Below are positions 62,462 through 64,000 of a stretch of DNA of 64,000 bases, in pieces (the first letter of the stretch is position 1; every line of letters begins with the position of its first letter). This stretch comes from Patescibacteria group bacterium (GTDB lineage Bacteria > Patescibacteriota > Patescibacteriia > SG8-24 > DYFX01), in assembly GCA_030583805.1 (NCBI GenBank), contig CP129476.1, forward strand, positions 509,429-573,428, read 5' to 3'. Position numbers and translations under genes: made by a program. The notes beneath the pieces were generated by a model. It did no database searches. It was not told where the DNA came from and saw only the letters and a program-made list of their open reading frames with translations.

Positions 62462-62791
62462 TTACACCGACATCAGTTGATGAAGTGTCAACCAGAACCC
62501 ATAAACACTTACCAGTGCAACAACTAACATTGCAGTATTCAGTATTAAGTATTTGTTTCGATGTATCACGATACTAGTAATCGGCAGGGCGAGCAGGACA
62601 AGGAAATAGATACTCACCACCATGACTCCTGCCGAAGTGGCATAAGTGGCCACGGCGAATATTGAGACAGGAATGATGGCAAGGGTTTGAAGAATCTCAC
62701 CACTCCAGAGCGAAGCAACAAGCAAGATGGCGTGCATGACAAGCAGGATAACCTCGAAATCAACTAGAAGTCTTTTATAGATGTCGCGCAT
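62462..62791 (-). CDS. Small membrane protein in the low-GC patch (start taken at MRDIYKRL)
   Basis: Three hydrophobic helices. The codon usage is AT-rich and unlike the core genes. Confidence 0.35.
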   Translation of the reverse strand: MRDIYKRLLVDFEVILLVMHAILLVASLWSGEILQTLAIIPVSIFAVATYATSAGVMVVSIYFLVLLALPITSIVIHRNKYLILNTAMLVVALVSVYGFWLTLHQLMSV

Positions 62792-62944
62792 ATGTGCTGT
62801 TAGTAGCCGAAGAGTCCCGAGAAGAGTATGCCGAGGAGACCACCGTTCAACGCACCTACACGCTGTTGTTGAGTCGTCGTATCGCGGGGAGAATTGCCCC
62901 AAGCATACCACGGTGCCATGTCCATAGCGGCATGATTTCCGTTG

Positions 62945-63599
62945 GTATCGGTACCTGGTACTTAGGGGTCAGGTGAGAACCGCGTGGTACTCACCAATCT
63001 TTGATACGCACTTTGGCGCTCTAGGTCGGTTGCACCGAGCGTTTCGTAAAAAGGATCGACGGTCACGAGCGGATCAGTCTCTCCAAAAGCGTACACTCCA
63101 TAGCTTGAATAGTGCCATTTTTCTGGCGATGCGACGAGTTTGGCGCGGACTGGGTTCATTTCAATGTAATTTCCACAGGCAAAGAGATACGGATCAGTAG
63201 CGACGATCAGGCTTTTGAAGCGCCCTTGCCAAACATGCCCCACAAACTTGTATTTCTTGCAGTACCGCTTAGCGAACGGCATCTGCACGGCGTGCATGAA
63301 GGAGGAAAGGTCCGAAGTGGGCTTCGCCAAGATGTGCACGTGGTTTGGCATGAGGACGTAGTGATAGATCGTCACTCTGTGATCCTTGGCCGCGTTCAGT
63401 AGGTATTTAAGATACGCATCGTAGTCGTCGGCGTCATGAAAAACACGCATCTTATTGTTGCCACGTACGATGACGTGATAGATGCCGTCGGGGACGACAA
63501 CATAATTCCGGAGCGCTCTTGGCATAGCGCTCCGGATCTACAACACGGTACTCAATTCATGCAAGCCTCACCTGGCACCTGGGTACCAGGTACCGATAC
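62945..63599. mobile_element. IS200/IS605-family or RAYT-like element (about 655 bp): a Y1 HUH transposase gene flanked by imperfect 33-bp terminal inverted repeats with a perfect 17-bp core
   Basis: Left end gtatcggtacctggtacttaggggtcaggtgag (62945-62977). Right end ctcacctggcacctgggtaccaggtaccgatac (63567-63599). The 17-bp core gtatcggtacctggtac / gtaccaggtaccgatac is an exact reverse complement. Low GC. Subterminal hairpin ggtgag...ctcacc at 62972-62995. Confidence 0.7.
62962..63525 (-). CDS. Y1 (HUH) transposase, IS200-like / REP-associated tyrosine transposase
   Basis: MPRALRNYVVVPDGIYHVIVRGNNKMRVFHDADDYDAYLKYLL...YHYVLMPNHVHILAKP...VGHVWQGRFKS.... The HxH (HVH) motif and the catalytic Tyr region are present. 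187 aa. Confidence 0.85.
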   Translation of the reverse strand: MPRALRNYVVVPDGIYHVIVRGNNKMRVFHDADDYDAYLKYLLNAAKDHRVTIYHYVLMPNHVHILAKPTSDLSSFMHAVQMPFAKRYCKKYKFVGHVWQGRFKSLIVATDPYLFACGNYIEMNPVRAKLVASPEKWHYSSYGVYAFGETDPLVTVDPFYETLGATDLERQSAYQRLVSTTRFSPDP

Positions 63600-63606
63600 A
63601 CGATGA

Positions 63607-63928
63607 CGCGATTGGGCGAATCAGGATACGGCGAGCAAACGCCATTAAGCGCGTTCCGACGCTTCATATGCGAAATGTCGTCGATGAGGCGGTGCGGCAA
63701 TTCAGCGCGTCGGTACGGCGAGGGTTGGTGAAGTTCAGGGACGACATTCCCGGGTGGCAGTTCATCAAGAGCCATGTCGAGAAGGTGATCTATCACCGCA
63801 GCAAGGTGACGCTGATCGGCTCGGTGCCGATTGGTGACGATGCGTCAGAGGCCAACAGGATTCCGTTTAGGATCGACGGGCAGATCCAGCGACACATGAG
63901 ACGCGATCCGAATGCGATAATCGCTTAG
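63607..63928 (+). pseudogene. Probable 3' gene remnant. The open frame runs out of the right inverted repeat with no plausible start context (an ATG appears only at 63668).
   Basis: The frame ...DDAIGRIRIRRANAIKRVPTLHMRNVVDEAVRQFSASVRRGLVKFRDDIPGWQFIKSHVEKVIYHRSKVTLIGSVPIGDDASEANRIPFRIDGQIQRHMRRDPNAIIA-stop is continuous back into the IR. This could be the C-terminus of a gene disrupted by the insertion, or element-encoded. Very uncertain. Confidence 0.25.
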
Positions 63929-64000
63929 GCTGCGATGAAAAAGAGTGCCCGCATCTGTGGGCACTCTTTTTCTCAACGACTACCGACAACGCGGCACTAT

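Noticed and set aside
1-64000. CRISPR arrays, rRNA genes and prophage structural genes
   Set aside because: No regularly spaced direct repeats with unique spacers, no rRNA-like conserved stretches, and no capsid/terminase/tail-like proteins were seen anywhere in the window.

Overview
GC-rich bacterial chromosome segment with compact, often overlapping genes. The lineage is uncertain: Gram-positive-like rpsU-yqeY...ybeY-dgkA synteny and VirB2/TrbC-like pilin-anchored giant proteins suggest a Patescibacteria/CPR-like or other uncultivated lineage. One secreted protein has an outer-membrane-barrel-like C-terminus, so a diderm origin cannot be excluded.

Window layout:
- Left 6 kb: an edge O-antigen-ligase-like membrane protein, four secreted Cys-rich (lipo)proteins, and a Wzz-like/DegP-like/membrane-protein/AI-2E-transporter block.
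- smpB and ssrA (tmRNA) follow.
- A ~6.3 kb AT-richer island sits in the 3' end of ssrA, flanked by perfect 33-bp direct repeats of the tmRNA 3' end. It has no recognisable integrase. Its cargo is a Dcm-type C5 cytosine methyltransferase, a 697-aa GHKL/MORC-like ATPase, a sigma-r4 HTH protein with two HNH-like nuclease repeats, and small unknown proteins. This is the best candidate in the window for an undescribed defence (restriction-modification-like) module.
- Downstream: cold-shock protein, CHASE2 adenylate cyclase with a FecR-domain partner, a complete suf Fe-S operon with an Rrf2 regulator, infC-rpmI-rplT, a Zn-ribbon coiled-coil protein, tRNA-Asp(GTC), two orphan sensor histidine kinases, a GATase1 protein and a thioredoxin-like protein.
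- A ~22 kb co-directional minus-strand block runs rpsU, yqeY, a 595-aa and a 3418-aa surface protein with VirB2/TrbC-like pilin-type N-terminal anchors, three tandem TSP3-repeat membrane paralogs, ybeY, dgkA, ftsA, ftsZ, nrdR, htrA, pyk and a histidine kinase.
- Right edge: a low-GC patch with an IS200/RAYT-type Y1 transposase flanked by 17-33 bp inverted repeats, plus a gene remnant.

No rRNA or CRISPR array was found. Many long ORFs in the track are antisense artefacts of high GC and were rejected. Because my character-level reading of the sequence can be off by 1 nt, internal starts were re-derived from the track's ORF ends and frame; treat them as +/- a few nt.
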